A stretch of DNA of 59,823 nt from a virus (IMGVR_UViG_3300030095_004245:1-59823), one strand, 5' to 3'. Counted from the stretch's first letter, positions 35,539-46,397 are shown. Notes: generated from the letters alone by a model not told the origin. Numbers and translations: made by a program.

Positions 35539-37431
35539 ATGGTATTGAGTGCAGAAGAGCAGCGACAAATAGCACAGTTTGATGAGAACTTTGTAAAGAA
35601 CGAACTCTACTTCTTTGAGTTACGAATACCCGCAAGCGTCTCTAGTAGCAGTAGACCTATCAATGCGATTACTCCCCTGCTCATCAACCCTGAAAGCATT
35701 ACGATGACTGAGCCATACGCAGTAACTCCTACCGCAACGGTCGGAGGCGGTCTTTATGTCGAGGAAGACGGTGTAATTGCCCGCCAACTTCGCATTACAG
35801 GAACCACAGGATTCAAGCCTAGGTCTGCGGCAGGTGTAGGTTTCGGTACAGCTGCGTCAGAACTAAAGACAACCGAAAAACTATCCTTTCCTATGAGAGG
35901 AAACTTAGAGCTATCAAATCACCTAAACGGACAGTCAGGGCAACGACAGTTCCAGTTCTTACAAGACCGTATCTTCAGGCTTTACTCAGACTTAAAGCAG
36001 AACCCAGACTGTGCAGCAAACACCGAACTTATCTTCCACAACCCAAAGGACCAAGAACACTGGCATGTTGTGCCTCTCAGCTTCACCATGAACCGCGCAG
36101 CGCCTCGCTCTACGATGTACATGTATGACATTCAGTTATTGGTTGTCGAGAAGGCGAAGAATAAATCCATCATCATTGCCCAAAGACCAGACCTTGCTAT
36201 CGTGCAGACCATCAACGACGGGATGAGTGTGGTTCGTGACTTCGTATCTGAAGTTGAGGGTGTCATAAAGAATGTTGAAGGGTTCATTGCTGGTGTGAAC
36301 GAAGTTGTGGGTAATATTTCTGCGACCATTAACTCAGTTTCAGGATTGTTTAGAGGTTACAATCGTATCCTTGGTCAGATGACAAACACGATTCAAGGAA
36401 TCACTCGATTACCTGGCGATGCTTTAGACACTCTCACATCTTATGTGACTTCTATTGATGCCACACTCAATGCCTTAGATACGTGGGGTGGCATAAAGCC
36501 TGGATTATACAATATCCAGTCGTCTTTTATGGAGTTAGACAGAGCTACGAATAGAATGATCGCCTCAGGGAAATCAAACCCTGAGTTAGGGCTCAGTCCT
36601 CAGGAAAAGTTAGGACAGCAATCCAAGAATATTAATCCTTCCTCCTCTCAAGTAAGCGGATTATCAGGAAACACCACACTACAGGGAGCACTGAGCGCTG
36701 GCACAGGGTTGCAGCCTGGTGACTCAGCTATAGATAGAGGGCGACCAAAGGCGACGTCTCCTCTTGGGACCATCAACGGCACTGCAGTTAGGGAGATAAC
36801 TGTCTTGATGAATGACACCATTGAGAATATCTCTGCCAGAATTACAGGCTCAACTGAGGCTGCGCAGGCTATCATTGCCCTTAATAATCTTAGACCTCCT
36901 TACATATCTACTACGGGGATACCCGGAACTCTAGCGCCTGGTTCTCCTATCTTGGTGCCTTCGAGCGGCAGGGCAGCAGTTGATAAGTTTGGTCCTACGG
37001 TTTACGGGGCGGACCTGACTGAGCCTTTAGCCTCTCGGTTATTTGGGACAGACATGCGACTCGACCCTGTGCTCACAACTGGTGGTGAGGGGCTCTATGA
37101 TTTAGTCCTTTCAAATGACACAGAGGATGTACAATTACAGGCAGGAGTGGAGAATCTAAAGCAAGGATTACGCACACGGATACTGACTGAGATAGGTAGC
37201 GATCCTATTTATCCAGACTTAGGGTATCGTCGGTTTGTAGGACTGAATGCTACAGGCTTTGACGAATCACTTACTCGATTGTCACTATCAAGTGCAGTGG
37301 AGGCAGACGAAAGGATTATAGGCATTGATAGACTAAAGCTAAGCAATCCTACTCCAGATCATCTCAGTGTTGAGTTTGACGCGATTGTCTTTAGCGTACA
37401 AGATCGCGTACAGATGAAGATAGTAAGGTAA
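35539..37431 (+). CDS. Baseplate protein: tube-initiator-like N-terminus, LysM-like domain and gp25-like wedge C-terminus
   Basis: INPESIT...I.GTTG; V..NDTIENIS.......IIALNNL.PPYI; G.ENL.Q.L..RI.T..G....YPD.G...DERI. Confidence 0.65.
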   Translation: MVLSAEEQRQIAQFDENFVKNELYFFELRIPASVSSSSRPINAITPLLINPESITMTEPYAVTPTATVGGGLYVEEDGVIARQLRITGTTGFKPRSAAGVGFGTAASELKTTEKLSFPMRGNLELSNHLNGQSGQRQFQFLQDRIFRLYSDLKQNPDCAANTELIFHNPKDQEHWHVVPLSFTMNRAAPRSTMYMYDIQLLVVEKAKNKSIIIAQRPDLAIVQTINDGMSVVRDFVSEVEGVIKNVEGFIAGVNEVVGNISATINSVSGLFRGYNRILGQMTNTIQGITRLPGDALDTLTSYVTSIDATLNALDTWGGIKPGLYNIQSSFMELDRATNRMIASGKSNPELGLSPQEKLGQQSKNINPSSSQVSGLSGNTTLQGALSAGTGLQPGDSAIDRGRPKATSPLGTINGTAVREITVLMNDTIENISARITGSTEAAQAIIALNNLRPPYISTTGIPGTLAPGSPILVPSSGRAAVDKFGPTVYGADLTEPLASRLFGTDMRLDPVLTTGGEGLYDLVLSNDTEDVQLQAGVENLKQGLRTRILTEIGSDPIYPDLGYRRFVGLNATGFDESLTRLSLSSAVEADERIIGIDRLKLSNPTPDHLSVEFDAIVFSVQDRVQMKIVR

Positions 37432-37436
37432 TAATC

Positions 37437-38798
37437 ATGGGCAGAACACTACTAAAAACCAGGTCAGACATTATAACAGACCTTATCAATGCGGTCGTAG
37501 CACGAACGAGCCTGTCTGATGTCAACGACGCCTCTATTATCAAGCATCTCCTCACATCAGTGGGAAATGAGGTCTTTTCTGTATATGGACAGTTCACTAA
37601 TCTAGCCGCGTTGTTCGATTTCCAGACAGCAGCTGGCGAGGACCTAGATGAAAGAGCTAAGGAGATACTAGGGGGAACCCTCCTTCGTAACGGTGCGGCT
37701 CGTGCTGTAGGGACACTTACTTTCGGGAGAGCTGTCGCTGGGATTCTAGTCAACATACCCAGCGGCACAGTAGCTACTACTGCTGACGGATTACAGTTTC
37801 GCACAACCGCAGCAGGTACGATAGGTGCGGCAGACCTAACTTCATCTGCAATTGCTACGACAGCAGTGGCTGCAGGGAGTGCTGGTAACGTAGGTGTAAG
37901 CACCATCACCGCACTGAGCACAAAGCCTCCTGGCGTTCAGACCGTCACAAATACAGTCAAGTTTGCCAGTGGTACTGACAGAGAAACAGATGCCGCATTT
38001 CGGGCGAGGATAGAAAACTTCGTTCAGTCTCTAGCTCGATGCACTGTGGATGGGATTGAAGGCGTAGCCTTAGGGACTGTCGATGCAGCAAGCGGAAAAT
38101 CAGTCCAGTTTGTGCATGTCTTTGAGCCCCCAACCAATCCTGGAACAGCAACTGTATTCATTGATGACGGAGCAGGCACAGCAGAGTCTACAGTTTCGGT
38201 TGCCTCTGAAACAATAATCAATCCAGCATTAGGTGGTGAAGAGTTCCTTTACACAGACAAAAAGCCTCTTGTAGATAACCTCGATGGCACATTTACACTG
38301 ACGATCAACGGAGTTTTGAAGACTCTAGGTACGGATTACTACGTAAACTGGGCGAGTGGACGGATATATTTCACAACCCCTCTGGTGGTGGGGGATAATG
38401 TTGTCGTATCTTACCAGTACTATACCGGACTAATTGCTGAAGTGCAGCGTGTTGTGGACGGTGATCCTACAGACAGAGTAACTTACCCAGGCTATAGAGC
38501 TGCAGGTGTTGATGTCCGAGTACTCACCCCATTGATAGAGACGATAGTAGTAGCTGCAACGTTAACAGTCTTAGAGGGCTTTGATAAGGCCACAGTCTCT
38601 ACTAATGTGCAGACCAACATAATAGATTATATCAACACGCTAGGCATCTCAGGAGATGTTATACGGAATGAGATCATTGAACGAATTATGAGCACTCCCG
38701 GAGTTTATAATGTGAATTTAGTAGCGCCTGTCAGTGACGTTACGATAAATGACAATCAGTTACCGCGAACTGCGACCACTAGCGTGACGGTTTCATAA
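37437..38798 (+). CDS. Baseplate J-like wedge protein
   Basis: AAGEDLD, A.G.LTF.R, IPSGT, AG..GNV, G.DRETD..FR.R and YRAAGV.V. Confidence 0.9.
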   Translation: MGRTLLKTRSDIITDLINAVVARTSLSDVNDASIIKHLLTSVGNEVFSVYGQFTNLAALFDFQTAAGEDLDERAKEILGGTLLRNGAARAVGTLTFGRAVAGILVNIPSGTVATTADGLQFRTTAAGTIGAADLTSSAIATTAVAAGSAGNVGVSTITALSTKPPGVQTVTNTVKFASGTDRETDAAFRARIENFVQSLARCTVDGIEGVALGTVDAASGKSVQFVHVFEPPTNPGTATVFIDDGAGTAESTVSVASETIINPALGGEEFLYTDKKPLVDNLDGTFTLTINGVLKTLGTDYYVNWASGRIYFTTPLVVGDNVVVSYQYYTGLIAEVQRVVDGDPTDRVTYPGYRAAGVDVRVLTPLIETIVVAATLTVLEGFDKATVSTNVQTNIIDYINTLGISGDVIRNEIIERIMSTPGVYNVNLVAPVSDVTINDNQLPRTATTSVTVS

Positions 38799-38799
38799 T

Positions 38800-39195
38800 A
38801 TGGCATTAGTAATCTCACCAGGCTCTGTCGAAAAAGACGGCGGATATAAAATAACTCTAACGGGCTTATCCCTGGTGGATGGAGATTACTTTTTTCATGT
38901 TGGACCTTTAGGCACTCATCAAGATCCTAAAGCGTATGCTGGATCGGGCAAAGGAAACACAGTGACGGTCACTGGTACATCAGGTTCGTTTGTGGCACCT
39001 GCAATAACCACATCAGGAAGCTACCAAGTCTCAGCCTATAGCACAGCGTCTCCCTCTGTTTCTGGTACAGTATTAGCGTCAGGAATTGGCTACTATAACT
39101 CAAACTACAGGAGTAGCGTCTACTCTTATCGCTCACTTCAACCCGGCTGGTGGAACACTGGACCTCGTGCCACTACTGAGGAGGACGCACAATGA
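38800..39195 (+). CDS. Ig/IPT-like small baseplate protein
   Basis: ISP.S....GG..ITLTG pattern. Confidence 0.45.
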   Translation: MALVISPGSVEKDGGYKITLTGLSLVDGDYFFHVGPLGTHQDPKAYAGSGKGNTVTVTGTSGSFVAPAITTSGSYQVSAYSTASPSVSGTVLASGIGYYNSNYRSSVYSYRSLQPGWWNTGPRATTEEDAQ

Positions 39196-42083
39196 GTGGT
39201 ATACTTGAAGGACTAACAGGGGCTATAGGCCAAGAGCTATCTGAGCTTGGCGGTATTAGATCTACACGAGTCAAGGCAGGCTTTCCTGTAACCACAGGAG
39301 ACACACATATAGAGGTAGAGTCCACCTTCGGCTGGGAGACAAGCGGCTTCTTCTACCTAGAAGGATACCTATACAAGTACACAGGCACCACAGCATCTCG
39401 ATTGACCGGTATTTCATATTACGACGGCGTGGAAGATGCGAGCACAAAACTCCCAGTGTATATCTCCGGTGCCCCAGAGGATGTTTCAGTCCTTGCTGAA
39501 ATCGCTGACTACACACGTATCTACTCGGCAGTAGATAAGATGCGAAGGTCTTTCTTGGTGGATTATGCGACCGGAGAAGACTTAGACACATTAGCTAGAA
39601 ATATCGGTGTCTTTAGACAGCCAGAGCTAGTTACGACTGATAGTGTCTATCGCAACATCGTCAAAGCAATTGCGTACTCTCCGCGAGGTACGATGTACGT
39701 TATTGAACTCTACCTCGACGCACTCTTCGGTGCAGGCAACTACCGTGTCTTCGAGGACATGACCAATAGTGGATATGTCTCACGACTTGGAAGCACGACA
39801 GTCAATAATCCTGGCCAGATTTTTGTGACTAATCAACTGACTGAAGATACTTCATCAGAAGGTAACGCATATGTGACAGGTAAGATTGGTGGCAACATGG
39901 CGTTTGTTGCGCCCTCTGGTTCTACTGCAAATGTAACTCTTTATGGAGGATATCCAGCGACTGCTCCATCCAGACTTCGCGGTATTACGTTCATGAATGA
40001 GTGCGACACTCGTCGAAACATAGTAGTGACGGATACTAATGACCCAAATGTTCGCACTACAGCAACACCTGCAGCAATTTCTAGTAATGAGCAGGTAGTA
40101 ACGTTCACCCAAATTGGCGGCACCGACATACTAAACTACGTTCAAGTTGGTGACACCTTTGCGTCAGCTAAATTTCCTGGGTATGGATACTACGGGCTCG
40201 ATGAGGCTACGATATTAGGGACCGTTATATCCGTTGATGCTGCGGCAAATAAGATAATTCTCGGCACTGAGCGTAACATGATATCAAGACCTCTTAGTGG
40301 TGCATGGAGTGCTTTAGGTACTGCTGGGCCTGCTCATGGAGAGGTGGTTTTCTTTAGAGAGAAGACTCTGTGCGACACGTATTTTCCTAGCGGTGATGTC
40401 CGAAGTTACGGTGAGCCTTCTGAGTTACCTAAACGAGAGTGGACTTTTTCTAATGAAGGAACAGCAGCTACAGAGGGCGGCACCTACGTGTACAGAGGGC
40501 CTGGGGTTGGTACAGCTCTTTATAGTTCCCTCCCTAGCGGTGCTCCTACTGACTGTTCCTATCGCCAAGAGGCAAATGTTTTCCCAGACAGTGATGCTAC
40601 TTTTGAGGCGCAGGTTATTCTTCAAGGAGACTTCCAGCAAACCACAGCCTTCCCTGCTTATGATCGAGATGAATTTTACATGGAGCTGGTGGATGGTGAT
40701 CCGTTTTATGCTGTGGCAGGTAAGCAGATACGTGTGGGCATAGAGCGTGATGCAGCAACACCTGGATCGACATCGTTTCCTAACCTTTACATAGGTTTCG
40801 TCAATGCCTCTACGGGGGCGTGGCTAAGCTCAACGCAGTTTCGTTTAGATCAGAGCACAGCAGGTGCTGCCTCTCCTGTGGTCATAAAGATTGAAAAGAA
40901 AGGAACAGAAGCGGCGAACCTAATCATCAATAATACAGTTGTCGAGAGCGTTAGTTACAGCAGCTTTGCTACTCACGCGACCGCAGGCGATCAGTACCGT
41001 AAGATAGGTATCTTCGGCTCGAACGCCGCAAATCCTGCAGTGCAGTCTGCTATTTCGGTCGTGATTAGTTATCTAGACTGGTCCTCTGAAGGCAATCCTG
41101 ACATCACGAACATAAGAATACTAAACGGTAGCGCGACTGCCGCAAATAGCACCATCACAGATGATGCTGGTGGTGGACTATTAGGCTCGGTTGTGGCGGG
41201 TGACTACGTTAGGGTTCAGTCTGTCAGTCAAACAAACGATAATTATTTAGGTAGTGCCCGTGGAGAGTACGAGGTTGATACTGCGGTTGATGCAAACAAC
41301 CTTCAGCTTAAGGGCATTAGACATCCTGGGAACGCCATTGTCGCTGCTTATGCGAGTGGCGGTGTAACTAAAAAAGATCGAGTGCGAATAGGAGCAACTA
41401 CTCGTGGTGGCGGCGGCCTTCAATCTAACGATGAGCCCTATGCTTTCACGTTCCCTGATGACTTAGGTAAGAAGATACGTATCTACACAGGCGCGTCTTA
41501 TGAAGAGAAGACAATAACAAAAATCCTAGACCCAGTATCTGGAGATAGTTTAGGAGAGTTGTTTGGTATAGATGAATCTGCGCCTCCCAATGTAGCTAAA
41601 GGCATTGCTTGGGCAAGTATTCCTCAGCGGAGTTCAAATTATGCTCAAGTTAATTCAGACTTTACGTCTCTATATGATAATGCGGAATGGTCTGTAGAGC
41701 CTAACTTTCGTGCTGCAGGTGATACAGGCATAACCTTTGAGGTAATTCGCATCGCTGCATATGCGGGGGCAGCGTTCAATAGAAGTGCAGGCGTTGCGGT
41801 TTTGTCTAAGAGTTACACTAAGCCTGCGGGATGGTTAAGTGATCTACTCGGTCCTCGCGTTACACCTACTCGCACCATGCTTGATACTGCTCAAGTAGTT
41901 GATCCTGATCGTGTAAACGTTGCAGTTACGCCTCCAGGATATAAATACTATCCATTTTATCTAACTGGTTCCTACATTGGGACCGCCGTAGATGTACTTC
42001 AGAAGGTACTTACGGCAGCAGGTATTCATGTCAATTTACGTCCTTACTATTATGATACGAATACCGGAGACCACATTACTTAG
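39192..42083 (+). CDS. Baseplate wedge (gpI-like) protein with large inserted domains
   Basis: ATGEDLD.LA..IGV.R...D..YR..VKAIA...RGT at the N-terminus and L.AAGI.V at the C-terminus, flanking about 650 aa of beta-rich insert. Confidence 0.65.
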   Translation: MSGILEGLTGAIGQELSELGGIRSTRVKAGFPVTTGDTHIEVESTFGWETSGFFYLEGYLYKYTGTTASRLTGISYYDGVEDASTKLPVYISGAPEDVSVLAEIADYTRIYSAVDKMRRSFLVDYATGEDLDTLARNIGVFRQPELVTTDSVYRNIVKAIAYSPRGTMYVIELYLDALFGAGNYRVFEDMTNSGYVSRLGSTTVNNPGQIFVTNQLTEDTSSEGNAYVTGKIGGNMAFVAPSGSTANVTLYGGYPATAPSRLRGITFMNECDTRRNIVVTDTNDPNVRTTATPAAISSNEQVVTFTQIGGTDILNYVQVGDTFASAKFPGYGYYGLDEATILGTVISVDAAANKIILGTERNMISRPLSGAWSALGTAGPAHGEVVFFREKTLCDTYFPSGDVRSYGEPSELPKREWTFSNEGTAATEGGTYVYRGPGVGTALYSSLPSGAPTDCSYRQEANVFPDSDATFEAQVILQGDFQQTTAFPAYDRDEFYMELVDGDPFYAVAGKQIRVGIERDAATPGSTSFPNLYIGFVNASTGAWLSSTQFRLDQSTAGAASPVVIKIEKKGTEAANLIINNTVVESVSYSSFATHATAGDQYRKIGIFGSNAANPAVQSAISVVISYLDWSSEGNPDITNIRILNGSATAANSTITDDAGGGLLGSVVAGDYVRVQSVSQTNDNYLGSARGEYEVDTAVDANNLQLKGIRHPGNAIVAAYASGGVTKKDRVRIGATTRGGGGLQSNDEPYAFTFPDDLGKKIRIYTGASYEEKTITKILDPVSGDSLGELFGIDESAPPNVAKGIAWASIPQRSSNYAQVNSDFTSLYDNAEWSVEPNFRAAGDTGITFEVIRIAAYAGAAFNRSAGVAVLSKSYTKPAGWLSDLLGPRVTPTRTMLDTAQVVDPDRVNVAVTPPGYKYYPFYLTGSYIGTAVDVLQKVLTAAGIHVNLRPYYYDTNTGDHIT

Positions 42084-42092
42084 GAGATACTG

Positions 42093-43637
42093 ATGTCTGG
42101 ACCCAAGAAATATCTAAGAACAGAGAGCGGAGAACGCATAGACCAACCTGACTTTGAGCACGCAGCTGAGGAATCTCAACTCGCAGGGCTTACACAGTTA
42201 GGCGAGACCTTCATTGTAGGTAGCGATGCCGGACAAAAGAACTACGTTCTATCTGGATTTAAGGTCACGAACCCTAGTGCGAATAATCTAGAGATTAGTA
42301 TCGGCTCGGGCATACTTAGCTGGAAGGATCAAGGCAATGTAGAGCACGGGGTTATGATTGATATGACCACGGCAAGGACCGTGGGTCTTTCCACTACGCT
42401 CGCTGGGGCTGGGGCTACTACTTACGGAGTATATGTTTCTTTCAATCTTCAGGATGCTCAGCAAGAGAATCGAAACTTCTGGAACGCTCTTGCGGCTACA
42501 CCTGTAGAGGTGACACGTCAGATTGCCACACGCCGTGTAGACTCGCTAGAAGTAAACATCAAAGCCAGCTCGCCGGGAACAGAATGGATGCACATTGCTG
42601 ATATCGTACCGGGCTCCCTTACAGCGCCCGGTGTAGGCAGCACCACTGGCATCACCGATAAAAGAGTCTTCTACTTCGAGGGCGCAGTTGCTGATTCTTA
42701 TGATCCTACTGATGACTGGGGGTCAGTGTTTGATCGGAGTGCAGATCGTGCCACATACGGACTTAAAGGACTCCGTCAATTCGTTCGAGCAACGCAGGCG
42801 CAATTAGGACAGATCTTAAACGGCCTTGTTCCAGGCACCGCTGATTGGATATTGAACGCCACTACGCTCGCCGCAACTCCTCCGCGCATCCCCACTGCTG
42901 GAATAGACTTAGTGCGACTGAAGAACGAAGCCTTTAGTGCGAAAGGAAGTAACTCTGTGTACCTCCCTAACACAATCCAAGGTGACTTAGATCCGGATGC
43001 AAATGCTACATATGATCTAGGAAACAGCACAACTCCTCGAAAGTGGAAAGACTTATACCTATCTGGGACAATGTCTGCGGCGACAGCATCAAGTGACACC
43101 TTTCAATATAATTCTACTCAGACTAAGACTATATTTATCCCGGCATTTGGTGGGAACGGTGTGCAAGTAAATACAGGAGCTACTTCTCAGGTATGGAGAC
43201 TTGTCGGAGACAACGCCACTCCTGAATCTACTAACGGTGTAATGTTCCATACAGCTTCCTCAGAAGATCAGCCTTGGATATGGAATATAGGAACGCATCT
43301 ACCAGACGGTGCCATAATTACTTCCGCACAAATTACTACCTCTCCTGGAACTACAGCAGGAGCAGGTGCAAATTCAGTGCGATTGGGATTGTTCCGAATG
43401 GACACCTTGGCGTCTACTTATGAAAGTCTAAAGACAGGGGCCACACCATACAACGAATTGACCGCCAATAGCGGCACAATTGCAGCCCAAACACTGACAA
43501 TCGACGAAGTAGCGTCTGTCCGCACAATCACTAAGGCTACTCACGCGCACTGCGCCTGGATGAGTGCTAGAGGCACAGCAAATCCTAATCTTGTGGGTGC
43601 GCTTATTACCTACACATACACGGTGATTGCTCCATAA
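42093..43637 (+). CDS. Tail fibre/receptor-binding protein
   Basis: GERID.PD N-terminus, VLSGF.V, P.ANATYDLG....KWKDLYLSG fibre motif and LPDGA.IT C-terminal domain. Confidence 0.7.
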   Translation: MSGPKKYLRTESGERIDQPDFEHAAEESQLAGLTQLGETFIVGSDAGQKNYVLSGFKVTNPSANNLEISIGSGILSWKDQGNVEHGVMIDMTTARTVGLSTTLAGAGATTYGVYVSFNLQDAQQENRNFWNALAATPVEVTRQIATRRVDSLEVNIKASSPGTEWMHIADIVPGSLTAPGVGSTTGITDKRVFYFEGAVADSYDPTDDWGSVFDRSADRATYGLKGLRQFVRATQAQLGQILNGLVPGTADWILNATTLAATPPRIPTAGIDLVRLKNEAFSAKGSNSVYLPNTIQGDLDPDANATYDLGNSTTPRKWKDLYLSGTMSAATASSDTFQYNSTQTKTIFIPAFGGNGVQVNTGATSQVWRLVGDNATPESTNGVMFHTASSEDQPWIWNIGTHLPDGAIITSAQITTSPGTTAGAGANSVRLGLFRMDTLASTYESLKTGATPYNELTANSGTIAAQTLTIDEVASVRTITKATHAHCAWMSARGTANPNLVGALITYTYTVIAP

Positions 43638-43655
43638 TATCTATCCTGCTACACT
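43627..43655 (+). promoter_or_regulatory. Promoter for lysis-type membrane genes
   Basis: TTGCTC-17 nt-(TGC)TACACT-9 nt-ATG(43665); no SD. Confidence 0.5.
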
Positions 43656-43664
43656 CCCGCCATT

Positions 43665-44072
43665 ATGTTACTCGTGGCAACATCAACCGTCGCAGTGAGC
43701 CCAGAAGCAGTGAGTGCCGATCAAATACCAGCACTCATTGAAATGATGGCCCATGCTTTCAACAATGGTAACTGGGCACTAGCCTCAGGTTTACTCCTCA
43801 CTCTCGTGGTGGTGGGGCTACGTCTCTTCAGTGTAACGAAGCGTGTCTCAAAAGAATGGATGCCTTGGCTAGTCTCTGGCCTCTCATTGCTGACATCCGT
43901 AGCCGTAGGTCTTCAGACAGGGCAGAGCTGGTGGCAGATTCTTTCTACAGGATTTACCGTTGCGCTTGTTGCTGTCGGTGGCTGGGAAACAATCGCCAAA
44001 GCCGCAAAGCGATTGATGCTGAAGTGGGGCTGGATAAAAACTCCCCCAGCACTAAAGCCTCCTGAAGAATGA
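43665..44072 (+). CDS. Putative holin (3 TM helices)
   Basis: Three hydrophobic segments and a basic C-terminus; next to spanin-like and endolysin genes. Confidence 0.65.
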   Translation: MLLVATSTVAVSPEAVSADQIPALIEMMAHAFNNGNWALASGLLLTLVVVGLRLFSVTKRVSKEWMPWLVSGLSLLTSVAVGLQTGQSWWQILSTGFTVALVAVGGWETIAKAAKRLMLKWGWIKTPPALKPPEE

Positions 44073-44416
44073 GCACTGCAGACCTCCTTAGATATATCGT
44101 CCTCATCCTAGTATGCCTGAGCGCCCTAGGGGTAATTGCTTATGTAATCCGCAAGGCGATACGTGAGGGAAACGCCGCTAGCCTGATGCGAGACATTGCT
44201 GGTACAGTGATGGAGATAAAGGCAGCAGCTGATGCGCGTAAGGTTGAGGCCAAGGAAGGCCGTGAGGCTGCGCTGAAGGCTGTCCAAGCGAAGTTCGTTC
44301 AGGAGGTAGACAGACTTGATGAGAAGCAAAAGAAAGAAGCAGAGGAGCTTCATGAGGATCCTGCTGCCCTTAGTCGCTTTCTCGTTCGTGCTGGTCGCAA
44401 GACCAAGCCTAGCTGA
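44069..44416 (+). CDS. Inner-membrane spanin-like protein
   Basis: N-terminal TM helix plus coiled coil; the next gene starts inside it in another frame. Confidence 0.55.
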   Translation: MSTADLLRYIVLILVCLSALGVIAYVIRKAIREGNAASLMRDIAGTVMEIKAAADARKVEAKEGREAALKAVQAKFVQEVDRLDEKQKKEAEELHEDPAALSRFLVRAGRKTKPS

Positions 44417-44777
44417 AGTTGTCTGCGATCCCGACGATGCATCTAAATGTGCAGCGCTTATCCGCAAGGGGGAAATATCTCCTCTATCAGGGCAAGTACT
44501 AACTAGCTCGTTGGCTATATCTCTCGCACAGAAGGCATCTAGCTGTGATGAGAAGAAGGCTCTAGCCTTATCACTGCTCCAGAAGAAGCACGAGATACAG
44601 ATAGAGTACCAGCGACAAACCTTTCAGGCAGATATAGATGCGCTAACCGCAGAGCGTGACGTGTTCAAGGACCAGGCGTTGCTTCGAGTGCCGTGGTATG
44701 AGACGCCGATATTTGTTGCATCAGTTACGACGACTTCCATCATCACTGTCTTATTGAGTGTGGTGTCAGTCCTTTAG
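44352..44777 (+). CDS. Overlapping exported protein with C-terminal membrane anchor (spanin partner?)
   Basis: SD AGAGGAG before ATG 44352; signal peptide MRILLPLVAFSFVLVARPSLA; PWYE followed by a hydrophobic C-terminus. Confidence 0.55.
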   Translation: MRILLPLVAFSFVLVARPSLAEVVCDPDDASKCAALIRKGEISPLSGQVLTSSLAISLAQKASSCDEKKALALSLLQKKHEIQIEYQRQTFQADIDALTAERDVFKDQALLRVPWYETPIFVASVTTTSIITVLLSVVSVL

Positions 44778-45544
44778 ATGCTCATCAAGAGTTGTGTGGC
44801 ATCCGTGCGAATGAAGTCTAGCTTATCGTAGCTTCGTGTTCGAGCGCAGACCTCGTAGCCTTCCCGAGAACCCTCGTCATTCGTGTTCCCTTCTATAGTC
44901 TGAATACTTGTAGTCGAGACAGAAGTAATGATGCCCGTGTGGGTCCAGTCATTGTTTCCTTTGTAGACTAAGAATACATCTCCAGGCTTCACTACAACTG
45001 ACGGATGCACTCCGTCTGTCTCCTTAGATGCCCACCGAATAAGCCTGTCTGATTCCATCGCATCTTTCGCCATCTGGTCACACGAAAGAGTGTATTTGAT
45101 TGGGCACTCTACGCCATGATGATTAGTGGCCTGCGTAAGTATATAAGAGACGAAACCTGCGCACCACGCCCAAGGGTCCCCATCATTCCCTTCGCAATAC
45201 AGACGCACCCAAGGACCTCGGTTTTGTCCCCCTACCTCTCGTGGATGCTCGATAAGATGTTGACGAGCATACTCTACGACTGCCTCCCGATAAGAGAACA
45301 TAGGTGGCTCTGCACGTAAAGATACCGCAGTGGCTCTGGTCATAGGCAGCTGCAAGGCGTTCCAAGAGCGAGGACCGGCTATGCCGTCAGCGATAAGCCC
45401 TTCATTTAGTTGGAATCTCTTGAGCGTTTCTTCTGTCGCGGGACCGAAGTCTCCGTCTATACCGGTGCCGAAGTCATGAAGGTTGAGCCATTCTTGCAGC
45501 TCTTTTACTTCAGGACCCCGATCCCCCCTCTTTACTGTTTTCAT
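44774..45544 (-). CDS. Endolysin: peptidoglycan-binding domain plus CHAP amidase/peptidase
   Basis: GDRGPEVKELQ..L...IDGDFGPATE...FQ...GL.ADGIAGP.SW; WCAGFVS, HTGI and TIEGNT. Confidence 0.92.
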   Translation of the reverse strand: MKTVKRGDRGPEVKELQEWLNLHDFGTGIDGDFGPATEETLKRFQLNEGLIADGIAGPRSWNALQLPMTRATAVSLRAEPPMFSYREAVVEYARQHLIEHPREVGGQNRGPWVRLYCEGNDGDPWAWCAGFVSYILTQATNHHGVECPIKYTLSCDQMAKDAMESDRLIRWASKETDGVHPSVVVKPGDVFLVYKGNNDWTHTGIITSVSTTSIQTIEGNTNDEGSREGYEVCARTRSYDKLDFIRTDATQLLMSI

Positions 45545-46151
45545 GAGTTGTCTCCTGTGCTGCAGCAGCTAAGCGAGCCTGCCTGCGTTGTTCTAGAATA
45601 GCTTGAGCAGCTGCGTTTAGCTCTCCATCTGACATGTCTACTTCGACTTTTAGGTTAGTCGCTCCTGGAGGCATTAGGTCTCCGCTTAGTTCCTTTGCTA
45701 ATCCTTCAATACGTCCATTGGTATCTAGGACACCACGCACTGCGCCTTCCCAGCTTTTAGGTCGGACAGTAGGATCCCGAGCGAAGCTCATACCTATTTC
45801 CCGTAGCTCTAATAGCTGTTCCATCTCTGCAATGCGAGCCTGCATGAGTTGACTACCTAGCTTTTCTCGTGCGGCCTCTGTCCACTTCGCCAAGAAAGAT
45901 TGTTTGCGCTCTACCCATCCGTCCTCTGATGCCCAGCGTTCTAGGGTGCGTTTGGATACTGAGTTGAATCGAGGATCTTGGGAGAGCTTTTCTATACTGC
46001 TACATCCAGGGTCAGACATATAAGCAAGACCAGCATCTGCTCGTAATCGTCCGTTACGTTTGGCGAGAGTCAGCTTGTTTGCTTCTTCAAAGCTCTCTTC
46101 CTCGTCGCTTGTCCCAACATCTATGATTACGTCTGGTATATCTGCGCCCAT
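45510..46151 (-). CDS. HTH protein, putative terminase small subunit
   Basis: SIEKLS...VSKRTLERWASEDGWVERK, a helix-turn-helix with the W...dgW pattern, followed by a helical region. Confidence 0.5.
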   Translation of the reverse strand: MGADIPDVIIDVGTSDEEESFEEANKLTLAKRNGRLRADAGLAYMSDPGCSSIEKLSQDPRFNSVSKRTLERWASEDGWVERKQSFLAKWTEAAREKLGSQLMQARIAEMEQLLELREIGMSFARDPTVRPKSWEGAVRGVLDTNGRIEGLAKELSGDLMPPGATNLKVEVDMSDGELNAAAQAILEQRRQARLAAAAQETTHENSKEGGSGS

Positions 46152-46152
46152 A

Positions 46153-46389
46153 CTAGCCCCACCGATTCTTGTTCTTACGTGCTTCTCTACCGAAATGTCC
46201 GTCTATTCGTTGACCGTTTGTGAGAACCGCCTGAGTCTGGAACCTGGAAGGTCCCCAGTTAGAGGAGCTGATGCGCTTTTCCAGATTTGCAGAGCACTTC
46301 TGACAGACCCTTTCTGATTCATCGGTCATTCCGTGCCAGATTATACCTGACCAGTCGCAATCTGAACACTTGTATTCGTAACGTGGCAT
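46153..46389 (-). CDS. FmdB-family zinc ribbon protein
   Basis: MPRYEYKCSDC...CQKC...LEKRISS. Confidence 0.85.
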   Translation of the reverse strand: MPRYEYKCSDCDWSGIIWHGMTDESERVCQKCSANLEKRISSSNWGPSRFQTQAVLTNGQRIDGHFGREARKNKNRWG

Positions 46390-46397
46390 ACCTCTTT

